From contig CM000430.1 of NCBI GenBank assembly GCA_000165345.1, positions 896,001 through 960,000 on the forward strand: 64,000 nt of DNA, given 5' to 3'. A program made the translations under genes and the position numbers. This document shows, piece after piece, positions 20,746-31,066 of the stretch. The notes beneath the pieces were generated by a model. It was not told where the DNA came from and searched no databases. It saw only the letters and a list, made by a program, of their open reading frames with translations. Every line of letters begins with the position of its first letter. The stretch's first letter is position 1.

Positions 20746-21834
20746 TTAATATCCAGTAGCTCTCCAAGTATGAGGATTGGTCTGATAAACTTTTGCTTCT
20801 CCAACCAAATTCTTAAGCTGATTCCTAATATCATCATGTGTGGCATGAACATCTCTTGTTAATAAAGAGTCAAAGATTCCATCAATAGTCATTTCTGGGT
20901 TACCTTCATTTGATGCTTGGTCTAATACAGAGGAAATGATTTCTCTTAACTTTAGAGGGTTACTTTGAACTCCAGCTCCTGAATTGAATTGATTAGACTT
21001 TGGTGCAATAGCTGAAACTACCCTGATTGGTGGTTTATTCATCGAGATATTCTGTTCATTACCAAAGTTGTTATTACCTCCATAATTATTAAAGTTACCT
21101 TCATTTTTGTTATTCGTATTATTGTTGTTATTACTTCCAAATTGTCCGCTTAAGTTAAACATTGAAGATACAATACTTTGATTTGAATCCTTTACAGAAT
21201 CTCCTGCACCTCCGTAATTCATTGATCCTTGTTTGTTAATTATTACGTTAGAGTCAGAAAGTTGTACTTTCCCTGAATCATAAGTATTGCCATACATACT
21301 TCTTACTATATAGCTTGCAACATCAATATCGTGTAATGAAATCTCATCAGTACATACTAATGGGCGCACTACAAAAGCTCTTACTGATGGTTCCGAAACC
21401 ATTAAAGTCAATTCTCCAAATATCTTTACAAAGCATCCTTCGTGTATAGAATTTACCAAATCCTGCTTGTACTTTGTTCCTGTATTATCTACTAGCCAGT
21501 CTATTAGGATTAATCCTGATCCATCATCTAAATAAAAACGTAGTCTTTGTGGATAATCATCATGCTCAACATTTCTAACAAATCCTACTAACTTGAACAA
21601 GTTAATATCTTTGTCAAAAAGTTGAAATCTGCTTAATGTTACAAAATTGCTATATGATCGAAGAATCATACCAACTTTTAATGGTGCTAATTTCTGTTCG
21701 TTTCCTACACTTTGTTTTCTTTCATTTCCATTTTGCATGGAACTATCATTCCCATCAATCATAAACCCACCAGATTCATTCAAATCGTCCATTCCAAATC
21801 CTCCAAAAGGTTTATTATTTCCACCAAAATTCAT
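20746..21834 (-). CDS. RPA2: Replication protein A 32-kDa subunit (RPA2)
   Basis: 362 aa with a genuine ATG. Gly/Asn/Ser-rich N-terminus (MNFGGNNKPFGGFGMDD). Central OB fold with the RPA32 signature (LRFYLDDGSG...CFVKIFGELTLMVSEPSVRAFVVRPLVCTDEISLHDIDV). Low-complexity linker followed by a C-terminal winged-helix-like segment. Confidence 0.7.
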   Translation of the reverse strand: MNFGGNNKPFGGFGMDDLNESGGFMIDGNDSSMQNGNERKQSVGNEQKLAPLKVGMILRSYSNFVTLSRFQLFDKDINLFKLVGFVRNVEHDDYPQRLRFYLDDGSGLILIDWLVDNTGTKYKQDLVNSIHEGCFVKIFGELTLMVSEPSVRAFVVRPLVCTDEISLHDIDVASYIVRSMYGNTYDSGKVQLSDSNVIINKQGSMNYGGAGDSVKDSNQSIVSSMFNLSGQFGSNNNNNTNNKNEGNFNNYGGNNNFGNEQNISMNKPPIRVVSAIAPKSNQFNSGAGVQSNPLKLREIISSVLDQASNEGNPEMTIDGIFDSLLTRDVHATHDDIRNQLKNLVGEAKVYQTNPHTWRATGY

Positions 21835-22975
21835 TATGAAATTCTACACTTTTGTTAATATAATCTAACTTTGATAATAGAGTTTCTTGGCTTTTTGTTT
21901 TTATATTTAAGCTTCTTTCTTAAATATTACTTTTTCCACTTTATTCTTTCTTTTTTGGTCTTTAAACCCGTATATTGAATTAAAATTCCGACTATAAAGG
22001 TACCTAAATCTTAAAAAATTTACCGACCTTTATAATTCGCTATTTTTTTTTCGTTTTCCCTCTTTATTTCCTTTTATATTACTATGCAAACAATTTTCCG
22101 ATTATGAGGGGTAAATTTTTAATTACACTTTTTGGCACCAATTACCATATTTATCACTTTAAAAATAAAATTGAAAGTAAAAAAAGAGAGAAGAATTTAT
22201 TATTCCACTTTATTAACACTCAAATTATCCAGTCCTCACTATTTTGTATATTGCTAAAAGAAATATCATTTTCCTCTTAATACTGCATTTACCCGCTACT
22301 CTTTTCATGTCAAATTTTCTGCAAACGATTTTTGTCAATCTGCATGCACAGTTGTCCACATTAACTTGTATTGAATAATCTTTTTATTTGATTAGGTGAA
22401 ATTTTGAATTATAATTTGTTTTTTTTAATTATTTTTAAATTTAGATAACAAATAAATATCCAAGTGTTAATTCATTTCTAATTATTTATTTTATTAAAAA
22501 ACTACAAACAATTACTTTAACTTTTTTTTTTAATACAGACTAATTACATAATTATTTATATGCATGCAAATTTATATACTTGGAAAAATTTGCATTATTA
22601 GTGTTCATGCAATGAAAGTAATTAAGTACTGGAGCCATATTACATGTAAAACAATTGATGTGGTAGTATTAGAAAGGGGGCAAAATAAAGTATTTAAAAA
22701 GAACAAAATCGTATGTATGAGATACTGTTAAGTTAGTTGTTTAAATAAATATTTGAATCTGTAAATTAGAATTATAAAATAGTTATGTAATTTTTTAATA
22801 TATTTTATTAGAAATTTTGTAATTGGCGGCACATTAATTGATAAAGGTCATTTCTTTACAATTGACGATATATCTGAAAAAAAAAAAATTAGGAATTAGA
22901 AATAGGGAGTTTTATTATTAACTAATAGGAAACAAATAAGACGTGGAATATAAAACATTATAGATTTTGGAAAAT

Positions 22976-24964
22976 ATGGGTGGTGGTGGAAAAAAGTTCA
23001 TTTCAAAAAAGAAGGGGATAAACCAGGGTCAACTAGGTAAGGCAATATGGAACTCTTCTCAGAAAAAGTTTGAAAGCGCATCTAATGATAAAGAACACTT
23101 GTTGGATGTTATTTGTGATAACTATAATAAGCTGAATAATAAAAGTATTATAGAAATGACAGATTTAGATGAATATTTATCAACATCTCTGAGAGCACAA
23201 GAAAATTTTGAAGAAGAAAAGGTAATAAAAATTATATCTTCACATGGAGTAAATACATCCAACATGAATTTACTTTTAAGGAAAGAAAAAATTCTTGATG
23301 GAAAAGTAATTAATTTACCAATACCTAGACGTCCAATGATATTAGTAGGACCAAATTGCAAAACTAAAAAAGCTCCCAATATGGAGTATTTGGATAACTT
23401 GGAAAAGGAAGCTTTTCTAACTTGGAGAAAGTCAATAGCAGATGAAGAGGAATTAACAGGGTTATTTGTGACTCCATTTGAAAAGAATTTAGAGTTCTGG
23501 AGACAACTATGGAGAACAATTGAAAGAAGCCACGTAGTTGTTGAGATTATTGATAGTAGAGACCCTTTATTTTTCAGAAATGTTGATTTGGAAAGATACA
23601 TTAATGAAATAGATCCTTTGAAGAAAGTAGTTTTACTTTTCAATAAGGCTGATTTCCTTACTTTGGAACTGAGAAAGCAATGGATTCAATACTTTAAAGA
23701 CAATGCTCCAAATCTAAAAGTTTACTTTTTCTCTGCTTTAAATGAAATTAATAAAAGAGAACATCTTGAATCTTACATACCTGAGGACTTTAATTTGAAA
23801 AATATTAATGATACTGATGTACTTTCAACTCATCAATTAATGTATAAACTTTATGAGCTTGCATCAGAAGTTTTCCAAGCCTCCAAACAAAGATACCTAG
23901 ACCAAAAAGAGTACAATAGTGAAGAAACTAATGAAACCACTATATCCAGCATTCGAAACGATGATACGAAAAATGGTCAAAACTCCAATAGCAGCGATGA
24001 AGAAGTAGACAGTGGGAAAAAAGATGATGATGAAGAAGAAGAGGATGACTTTGATGATGAGGAAAGTGATGAAAATGAAGAATTCAAAGAAGATGAAGAT
24101 TTTGAAGAAAATGAGAATATTCCAAATAGTATTTTAGAGAATAAATCAAAAGCTAAAACTGACTCTGAAATTTTCAACCATGTAAAATTAGACCCACTGA
24201 ATCCAGGAGAGTTGACGATAGGCATGGTTGGATTCCCAAATGTTGGAAAATCTTCAATTGTTAATGCTCTTTTTGGAAGCCAAAAGTCTTCAATAAGCAG
24301 AACTCCAGGTAAAACTAAACATTTACAAACTCTTAGATTAAAGCCTCCTCATTTAAATGATAAAGAGGAAGATCAAGATTTTATTACCTTATGTGATTGT
24401 CCAGGTCTAGTCATGCCTTCTTTTACAAGTACAAAAGAGCATCTTCTAATTAATGGTGTTACGCCTATTGATCACTTTAGAGGTAATTTTCTAGATACAA
24501 TTCAACTAATTGGAGAAAGAATAACTGCTCAACTTTATAAAACTTATTTTGATGGAATTGACTATCAAGTGCCAAGAATATTTAATTCAACTCAATTTCT
24601 AAATAAGCTTTGTGAAACTAGGCATCTGTTTCAACAAGGTAAAGGAGCAATTCCAGACTGGAGTAAGGCTGGTAGAATGATTCTAAGAGATTACTGGTCT
24701 GGAAAATTGTTATATTGTCATACTCCACCTTCTAATACTAAGAATACAATAGGCTCAGATCCTATTAAATTAACTGAATCACTGGACAAAGTTAGTATTC
24801 ATGATAATGATGAAGATTCTGATGATGATATTGCAATGCTAAAATCATCAGTATTAAATAATGACATTATTAATCCATCTGACAAAGAGAAAAAGAAAAC
24901 TAAAAGACAAATCAGAATGGAAAATAAAAAACTTATTAAAGGAAGAACTGTATGTTACTCATAG
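22976..24964 (+). CDS. LSG1: Large-subunit GTPase 1 (LSG1), circularly permuted YlqF/RbgA-type GTPase for 60S ribosome export
   Basis: The ORF-track start 22967 is TTG; the ATG is at 22976, giving 662 aa. G4 (LLFNKADFL) precedes G1 (GMVGFPNVGKSS) and G3 (DCPGLV), which is the circular permutation. Long collinear match to yeast and human Lsg1 (EKEAFLTWRKS...TPFEKNLEFWRQLWRTIERS...IIDSRDPLFFRNVDLERYI). Acidic insert (DDDEEEEDDFDDEESDENEE). Confidence 0.9.
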   Translation: MGGGGKKFISKKKGINQGQLGKAIWNSSQKKFESASNDKEHLLDVICDNYNKLNNKSIIEMTDLDEYLSTSLRAQENFEEEKVIKIISSHGVNTSNMNLLLRKEKILDGKVINLPIPRRPMILVGPNCKTKKAPNMEYLDNLEKEAFLTWRKSIADEEELTGLFVTPFEKNLEFWRQLWRTIERSHVVVEIIDSRDPLFFRNVDLERYINEIDPLKKVVLLFNKADFLTLELRKQWIQYFKDNAPNLKVYFFSALNEINKREHLESYIPEDFNLKNINDTDVLSTHQLMYKLYELASEVFQASKQRYLDQKEYNSEETNETTISSIRNDDTKNGQNSNSSDEEVDSGKKDDDEEEEDDFDDEESDENEEFKEDEDFEENENIPNSILENKSKAKTDSEIFNHVKLDPLNPGELTIGMVGFPNVGKSSIVNALFGSQKSSISRTPGKTKHLQTLRLKPPHLNDKEEDQDFITLCDCPGLVMPSFTSTKEHLLINGVTPIDHFRGNFLDTIQLIGERITAQLYKTYFDGIDYQVPRIFNSTQFLNKLCETRHLFQQGKGAIPDWSKAGRMILRDYWSGKLLYCHTPPSNTKNTIGSDPIKLTESLDKVSIHDNDEDSDDDIAMLKSSVLNNDIINPSDKEKKKTKRQIRMENKKLIKGRTVCYS

Positions 24965-25192
24965 GTTCTTCTTCTCTATAATTCTTAAGATCAAATTAGT
25001 ATTTAGAAACAATTAGAATAAATATTAGGTAATTAATCTTTGAGTATTCACTCGAGGGTGGAAAAAGAGAGAAAAAAGACCTTCACATTTCTATAAGTTA
25101 CACAAATATGATTTTTTAATATATGCCTATCAATTAAATAAAGAAAAAATAAAAATATGAATATAGTAATCTAGTTATTTCCACTAAGATAA

Positions 25193-25540
25193 CTATGCCG
25201 AGCTCGAGATGACTACACCCTCGTTGTTGCCCGTAATGTAGTTATAACCGTTTTCTTGATTTCCTTGTGCATTAGCTACTTTTTTAGCAGCCGATTTTGC
25301 TCTATATGATCTATAAATAAGAGCTAGAATTAGAATCACCAAAAAGCTAGCTCCTGCTATCAATGATGCTAGTGTAGAATCTGAATAATTCTCTGATCCT
25401 ACAGGAATTCCTTCTATAATCAATGTAGACCTGAGCATTAAAATTCCCATCAATATAAAGAAAATCGCTCCAAAAGGAGAAACTACAATTATTAACTTGG
25501 CATAAATATCCAAAATCTGCAATTTTAATGAATCCTCCAT
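25193..25540 (-). CDS. Hypothetical small membrane protein (2 TM helices)
   Basis: 115 aa with a genuine ATG. Two hydrophobic helices separated by a short loop. Basic/polar tail. Confidence 0.4.
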   Translation of the reverse strand: MEDSLKLQILDIYAKLIIVVSPFGAIFFILMGILMLRSTLIIEGIPVGSENYSDSTLASLIAGASFLVILILALIYRSYRAKSAAKKVANAQGNQENGYNYITGNNEGVVISSSA

Positions 25541-26456
25541 TTTAATTTATTGAGACTCGACCCGAATTAAGCCCTTTATTAAAACTCTCACAAGAATTCT
25601 TGCCTCAGGTACGCCTAAAGGTACATACCAGTCTTGGTCCTAATCTTTACTCAGTCTTTACAAGTACTTTTTCAGAGAAAAAAAAAAGTGAAATATTCCG
25701 TCTTTCTCTTAATTTCCTCTAATAACCACTAATTCTTTTTCTTTAATCAAAACGTTTGCAAGTGTTTTGGCGGTCAACTGTGCTAAATTGCTAAGTTGGT
25801 GGCGGTAAAACCGCTTCATGGCGGCACCACATAGACAAAATTCCGAGGTTGAAAAAATTGTAAATTGCTGCCCGCCCTAAAGCTGTTATTATTACTATTA
25901 ATTCAAATAAGCCTATAGAGATGTAATCAAAATATAGAAATGTGGGGAAAATGCAAATTCGAATTTTTAAAATCAATAAAACCCTAATTATTTTAATGTT
26001 TTAAAACACCCAACTCTTATTTTTACCTTTAATTAAATTGCAGAAAGAAATACTAAAGAATTTCTGGGATATTAAAAAAAAAAAGGTTGACTATTAATAA
26101 AATGAATATTTTGCATGCAAAATGCAAGTAAAACAAATTTATCATATATTGCCTACTTTTCTTTATTTCTGAACTTTTTGTATGTTTACTATTTTTTTAA
26201 TTTATTGTAAAGTTTGTTTACATAGTCATTTACTAAAGTTTACAGTTTTCTGTTATATTGGACTAATTTCATTCTGAAACCTAAGCTATTGTAAATTTTT
26301 TTATTTCCTTTTTTTCGAGCTAATATTAAATTGAATAAATTTTTGATTTATTAATTAAGTTCCATTTTATTAATATTAATGCCAACTGTAAACTAATAGA
26401 GAACTCAGCGTTATATATATACCTATTTATATCTTTGAAATACCTGGTATAAAAAG

Positions 26457-27052
26457 ATGGATGAATCGTCTATACATTTACCTGTAATAAATACATGGAA
26501 TAAACAAATGGAGAAAGTTAAACTATTCATGAAGCAAAATTCTAACATAGACTTTGATGATATAGAAAGAAAATTTCTTATTTTACAAAAGGAAATGACT
26601 GATGAAATTAAAGGAATGCTCTTTGCAAACTATAAAAACATTGATTTTGCTCAACAAAAAGTAAGTCCATCCAATTTTTTCTTATTAGATTAAAAAATCC
26701 ACAAACTTTACTTTAATATACTTTTATTCTAATATTTATTATTAATTAACCATCTCTCTTTCAGGATTGCCCTAAAATGAATAGACTAATAACAGAGAAC
26801 AAATTATTACTTAATCAACTTAAAGAAATTGGTAAGGAATTGTTATTAAAGAGTGAACAAATTCAAGAAAAAAACGCAATGATAGACAAATATCAGAAAG
26901 AAATAAGGAAACTTGAGTTAGAGCAAACTGTGAATAAAATCCAAGAAAACATGGACAAAGATCAAAACTTGGAGCTTGTATCCAAACTCGAAAATCAAGT
27001 TTTTGCACTTAATCAGAAATTAAATATTATTAGGGATACAGTTAACAATTAG
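26457..27052 (+). CDS. Small coiled-coil protein, 2 exons (26457..26660 and 26765..27052), 163 aa
   Basis: Exon 1 ends ...FAQQK immediately before GTAAGT (26661). The 104-nt AT-rich intron ends in the pyrimidine tract ccatctctctttCAG (26764). Exon 2 continues in frame (DCPKMNRLITENKLL...) and is heptad-rich to the stop at 27052. The ORF track splits it into 26457..26693 and 26777..27052. Confidence 0.5.
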
Positions 27053-27315
27053 ACATAAGTTGAGGTAAATTGTGACTATTTTTCAGCTTTTATTTTTTTT
27101 CTCTCTATTCTTTGTCAATCCATTTTATTGCGTTATTAATACCTCACATAAAACCACTAACTTCCAATCGTCACTCCTCTCTATAATATCTTAAGTTTTC
27201 AAAAAACTCAAACAATTTAAATCATATCTTACCCTTGTGAACAAATAACTAACTATTGTTTAGCATCTAATTCACTTGCGTTTATAACTTTAGTCAATTA
27301 AAAAGTTTCCTTCAG

Positions 27316-27325
27316 TTTGGCGCCA
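27316..27325. promoter_or_regulatory. E2F-like TTTGGCGCCA element
   Basis: agTTTGGCGCCAac, about 205 nt upstream of the ATG at 27531. Confidence 0.45.
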
Positions 27326-27530
27326 ACATGGTCCATGCAGTTTATGATGAGGAGAAAAAACGCGAAAACTGAATAATAAAATTTAAGTTAACAAGTAAAA
27401 AAAATTTGTGGGTAGAATTGAAACTTTTCATGATAAGAACTAAGCCATTAGACTAATAACTAACCATTCTTGTAGTTCAACTGAGATACTTTGCTCATTT
27501 TGATCAAATTAGTGATTAGTGAAATCAGAA

Positions 27531-29825
27531 ATGATTAATGGCTTATATGGATTAATTAACACTGGTACTTCTATATTGAAAGGAGGTAGGAATCCAGAAA
27601 TTGGATTGGATGACATTCACAAAAATCGAATTAAAAATGAAATAGAACAACTTAAATTAAACCAATGCAAATTGGAAAAATGCAGGGACAATCTGACATT
27701 CGAAAATAACCGTTACCATACGCAATATTGTCATTTTCACGTCAATAATGTAACTATGTATGATAAGGAAAGTAGGAAGAATTATGTTCTAATTGATATT
27801 TCAATTATGATAGAAGATGTAGATACTTTTCTTAATAATGAAATCCCTGTACAAATAATACTATATAAAGACTTTCCATTTAGCCCTCCAGATATTACTT
27901 TTCCAAGTACATTTTGTTTCCCAAGTCTAAGTGATGGTCGCAGTTTTACAGCAGAAATCCTTCATGAATGGTCACCAAGTATCAATTTATTGACTACTGT
28001 TGATTCAATTATAAAGTTTTTAAAAAGTTATAGTACTCATATTGCAGTTGTAGGCCCTTCTGATATGTTTATAGGAAGCTATAGAAACCCCATATCATTT
28101 AACTACCAATGCTATAACTCTTTGGTATACCCAATTCTGGGTACCAAAATTATCTTTGAAGATGACGTTTTTAAACACATTTTTGAAAATAACTCTATTA
28201 AAGAACAAAATGTGATATCCCAAAGAGGAAGAAATCTGGTTTCATCATTCATTCCAATCCCCTTAAATACTAGAGGGCTTAGACGAGAAACTATGAATTG
28301 GAGAATTGAAAAGCCATGTATTAATATTGATTTTGTATTCAACAATACAAATGTGATGTTATTCGATTCCACTATGCTTGTTTTAGAAGTTTGTCAAAAA
28401 ACCAAGCAAAATGGGATATTTCAAGCAAGCAATCCCTCCAAAACCTCTTCATCTTCTGATGAAATCATATCAGACTCCACTTTGCAAGGTAATGTAGCAT
28501 ATTGGCTATATATGCCTGCAATAAGTCACATTATCGACTGTCATGGCAAGCTTATTTTTGGAAACCAAGGTACTCTCCCAGAATATATTTCAAATAAACT
28601 AAGTAAACTCGAATATTCAGAATGCCTAGTTATAATCTTAGGTTATGACTTCCTTTTTGAGAAATCTCCTATATTGTTTTATCAAAATGAAGAGTTAATC
28701 CAAACTCCTAAAGATTCAACTAGACCTATCATCATTGAACTAAAGTTTCATACTACCAAAGCTAATCATGAAAGCTCTTGTTGCCACTCTTTTGCCACAA
28801 ACTTAAGAGAGAAAGTTGCCAAATTAGATTCTAATTTCCCAAAAAACTGTCATAATCCAAAATGGAACTCCTACTTCGAGTTTGATTGTCTTTCTAACTT
28901 GAATAAGAAATATCAACAAGCAATCACTGGAAATCATATATATCTTTCATCTGAAATTATACAGAGATGGGTTGTTATATGTTCTAAGCTTATTGAACAA
29001 TCTTCCCTTCTTTCTGAAACAGACGAAAAATACATACAAGAATCATCTTCATTGGTAAAGCAGATGCAAGACATTCTAGTTAGCCCTGTTGTAAAACACA
29101 TTCTAAACTCGAATACAAGTAAGCCAAGCAAGGTCAGTAGCATTGATGAAGACCTTCAAAATGATACCTTTTATAAGCATCTCGAGGAATACTCTCCTGA
29201 GAACCCCACCAAACATGAATTATCTCAACAAGAGTCTCAAAAAGCGGAAACCCCACGCCAACAGGATGTCCAAGAAAACCAAATTCTCCACCCCATTCAT
29301 GAAATTCAGCCAATACAAAATAATCCGAATTCTATGAAAGTCACACACAAAGATGGAACTTCACCAACTCCAGAAATTCTACACATTGAAGGTACCACAC
29401 ACACTCAAGAAATTCCTTTATCACATGAAATTCTAACCATCCAAGAAACTTCTCCAATACAAGAAATTCCACCCATCCAAGAAGCTTCTCCAATACAAGA
29501 AACTCCACCCATCCAAGAAACTTCTCCAATACAAGAAATCCCAACCATCAATGAACCTTCTCATACCCATCCACAACTAATTAACCTCGACATTTCCTCA
29601 GAAACTGAAAATGATAATCATCTTGATGAATCTACCAACAACTATGGTGAAATATCAAAATCATGTGACCAAAATATGCAGATCATCCAACCATCCAATT
29701 ATACTAGTTCCCTACAAAGTGATCATCCCACATCTACAGATCCAAACCAAACATATGCTAATCAAAACTACATAAGTCTCTATGAATCTAGTAGTGATGA
29801 ATTCAGTGTTCGTGAATTTGACTAA
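27531..29825 (+). CDS. UEV (ubiquitin E2 variant)-domain protein, TSG101/Vps23-like N-terminus, with C-terminal Pro-rich tandem repeats
   Basis: The ORF-track start 27519 is GTG; the ATG is at 27531, giving 764 aa. N-terminal UBC-fold region lacking the catalytic Cys: ILYKDFPFSPPDITFPSTFCFPSLSDGRSFTAEILHEWSPSINLLTTVDSIIKFL (compare TSG101 YPYNPPICFVKPT...YLPYLHEWKHPQSDLLGLIQVMI). C-terminal repeat (PIQETSP/PIQEIPP) times about 6. Confidence 0.55.
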   Translation: MINGLYGLINTGTSILKGGRNPEIGLDDIHKNRIKNEIEQLKLNQCKLEKCRDNLTFENNRYHTQYCHFHVNNVTMYDKESRKNYVLIDISIMIEDVDTFLNNEIPVQIILYKDFPFSPPDITFPSTFCFPSLSDGRSFTAEILHEWSPSINLLTTVDSIIKFLKSYSTHIAVVGPSDMFIGSYRNPISFNYQCYNSLVYPILGTKIIFEDDVFKHIFENNSIKEQNVISQRGRNLVSSFIPIPLNTRGLRRETMNWRIEKPCINIDFVFNNTNVMLFDSTMLVLEVCQKTKQNGIFQASNPSKTSSSSDEIISDSTLQGNVAYWLYMPAISHIIDCHGKLIFGNQGTLPEYISNKLSKLEYSECLVIILGYDFLFEKSPILFYQNEELIQTPKDSTRPIIIELKFHTTKANHESSCCHSFATNLREKVAKLDSNFPKNCHNPKWNSYFEFDCLSNLNKKYQQAITGNHIYLSSEIIQRWVVICSKLIEQSSLLSETDEKYIQESSSLVKQMQDILVSPVVKHILNSNTSKPSKVSSIDEDLQNDTFYKHLEEYSPENPTKHELSQQESQKAETPRQQDVQENQILHPIHEIQPIQNNPNSMKVTHKDGTSPTPEILHIEGTTHTQEIPLSHEILTIQETSPIQEIPPIQEASPIQETPPIQETSPIQEIPTINEPSHTHPQLINLDISSETENDNHLDESTNNYGEISKSCDQNMQIIQPSNYTSSLQSDHPTSTDPNQTYANQNYISLYESSSDEFSVREFD
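29439..29555 (+). repeat. 18-nt tandem repeat (about 6.5 copies) encoding (I/T)QE(T/I/A)(S/P)P units
   Basis: atccaagaaacttctcca / atacaagaaattccaccc / atccaagaagcttctcca / atacaagaaactccaccc / atccaagaaacttctcca / atacaagaaatcccaacc. It also creates the spurious antisense ORF 29341..29544. Confidence 0.8.
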
Positions 29826-30201
29826 CTTTCTGTCAAATCCTCTTAATTCCAATCATTTTTATTTAATATTTAAAATCTCATAAAGCAACATGCAAAATTA
29901 AATATCAACTAGGCGCCCTATTCTTAGCGCTCATTGGGGCGTCAGATTACGTATAGTGGGGGGTAGAACTTTTTATATATTACAAAGTTTGAATTAGTAA
30001 AAACTAAAGTGCGTTAGAGGTGGAGGCTGTTGCGGTAGTAGTAGTGTAGTATTACTACTATAAATTGTACTATTAGAAACAAATACACAAACAAATAAAC
30101 TCAATTCATGTCTCGCTATAATTTTTAGTTATTCTATTTTTTATAAAAAACTAATTCTTGTCAGATTTTTTTATACAATTTCTTTTTCTTAATTTTCAAG
30201 G

Positions 30202-30720
30202 ATGCCAAACCCAGTTGTATACTTTGATATCTCAATCGGCCAAACTCCAGCCGGTCGTATCACTATGGAGTTGTTTGCAGATAAAGTACCAATAACAGCC
30301 GAAAACTTCAGAGCACTCTGCACTGGAGAAAAGGGAATGGGACAGTCAGGAAAGCCCCTTTGCTACACTGGATCATTCTTCCATCGTATCATTCCACAAT
30401 TCATGATCCAAGGTGGTGATTTTACTCGTGGTGATGGTACTGGTGGTGAGTCAATCTATGGCTCCAAGTTCAGAGATGAAAACTTCGTCTACACTCATGA
30501 CGCCCCATTCCTTCTCTCTATGGCTAATGCTGGTCCAAACACTAATGGATCCCAATTCTTCATTACAACTGTTCCATGCCCATGGTTGGACGGAAAGCAT
30601 GTTGTATTTGGAAAGGTTTTGGAAGGAATGGAAGTAGTAAAGAGCATTGAGAAGTGTGGTTCTCAAAATGGAAAGCCAACCAAGTCTGTATGCATCACTG
30701 CTTCTGGAGTTCTCTCTTAA
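30202..30720 (+). CDS. Cyclophilin A-type peptidyl-prolyl cis-trans isomerase
   Basis: 172 aa. Near-textbook cyclophilin: [38 protein letters not shown]...[34 protein letters not shown]...[19 protein letters not shown]...[20 protein letters not shown] 19-nt poly(T) tract follows 3' at 30811..30829. Confidence 0.95.
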   Translation: MPNPVVYFDISIGQTPAGRITMELFADKVPITAENFRALCTGEKGMGQSGKPLCYTGSFFHRIIPQFMIQGGDFTRGDGTGGESIYGSKFRDENFVYTHDAPFLLSMANAGPNTNGSQFFITTVPCPWLDGKHVVFGKVLEGMEVVKSIEKCGSQNGKPTKSVCITASGVLS

Positions 30721-30810
30721 GTAATTAAGGGTTTTTATGTAACCTCCATCTCTTTTTGAAGATTATGTATCCTAGGACATTAATTTTTAAGTTATTTTGA
30801 CTTCGTTTTA

Positions 30811-30829
30811 TTTTTTTTTTTTTTTTTTT
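30811..30829 (+). repeat. Poly(T)19 homopolymer in the 3' flank of the cyclophilin gene
   Basis: Uninterrupted T run. Confidence 0.9.
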
Positions 30830-31066
30830 GCTAAGCTATTAGGACTCCTTATTCCCTGCCTCATTCTGCTGCTTTATGGGACAGCTTCTGATGAATCATA
30901 TAGAAAATATCTTTTCTAAACTTGTTTCCTTCAAACTTGTACTCCCTTCTGGAGCCGAGGTATGTCATTATAGGCACCCTTGCTGGTTTGTTTACGTAGA
31001 TCTCTAAAAGCCGTTAGTATTTCTACATCCATTCAACCAAGTTAAGTTAGCAATGTAAGAATGGTA

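Noticed and set aside
24000-24130. Acidic D/E-rich stretches (LSG1 24000-24130; the membrane protein at about 18110-18200) as possible separate features
   Set aside because: They are in frame within confidently called genes. Acidic inserts of this kind are typical low-complexity expansions in apicomplexan orthologues.
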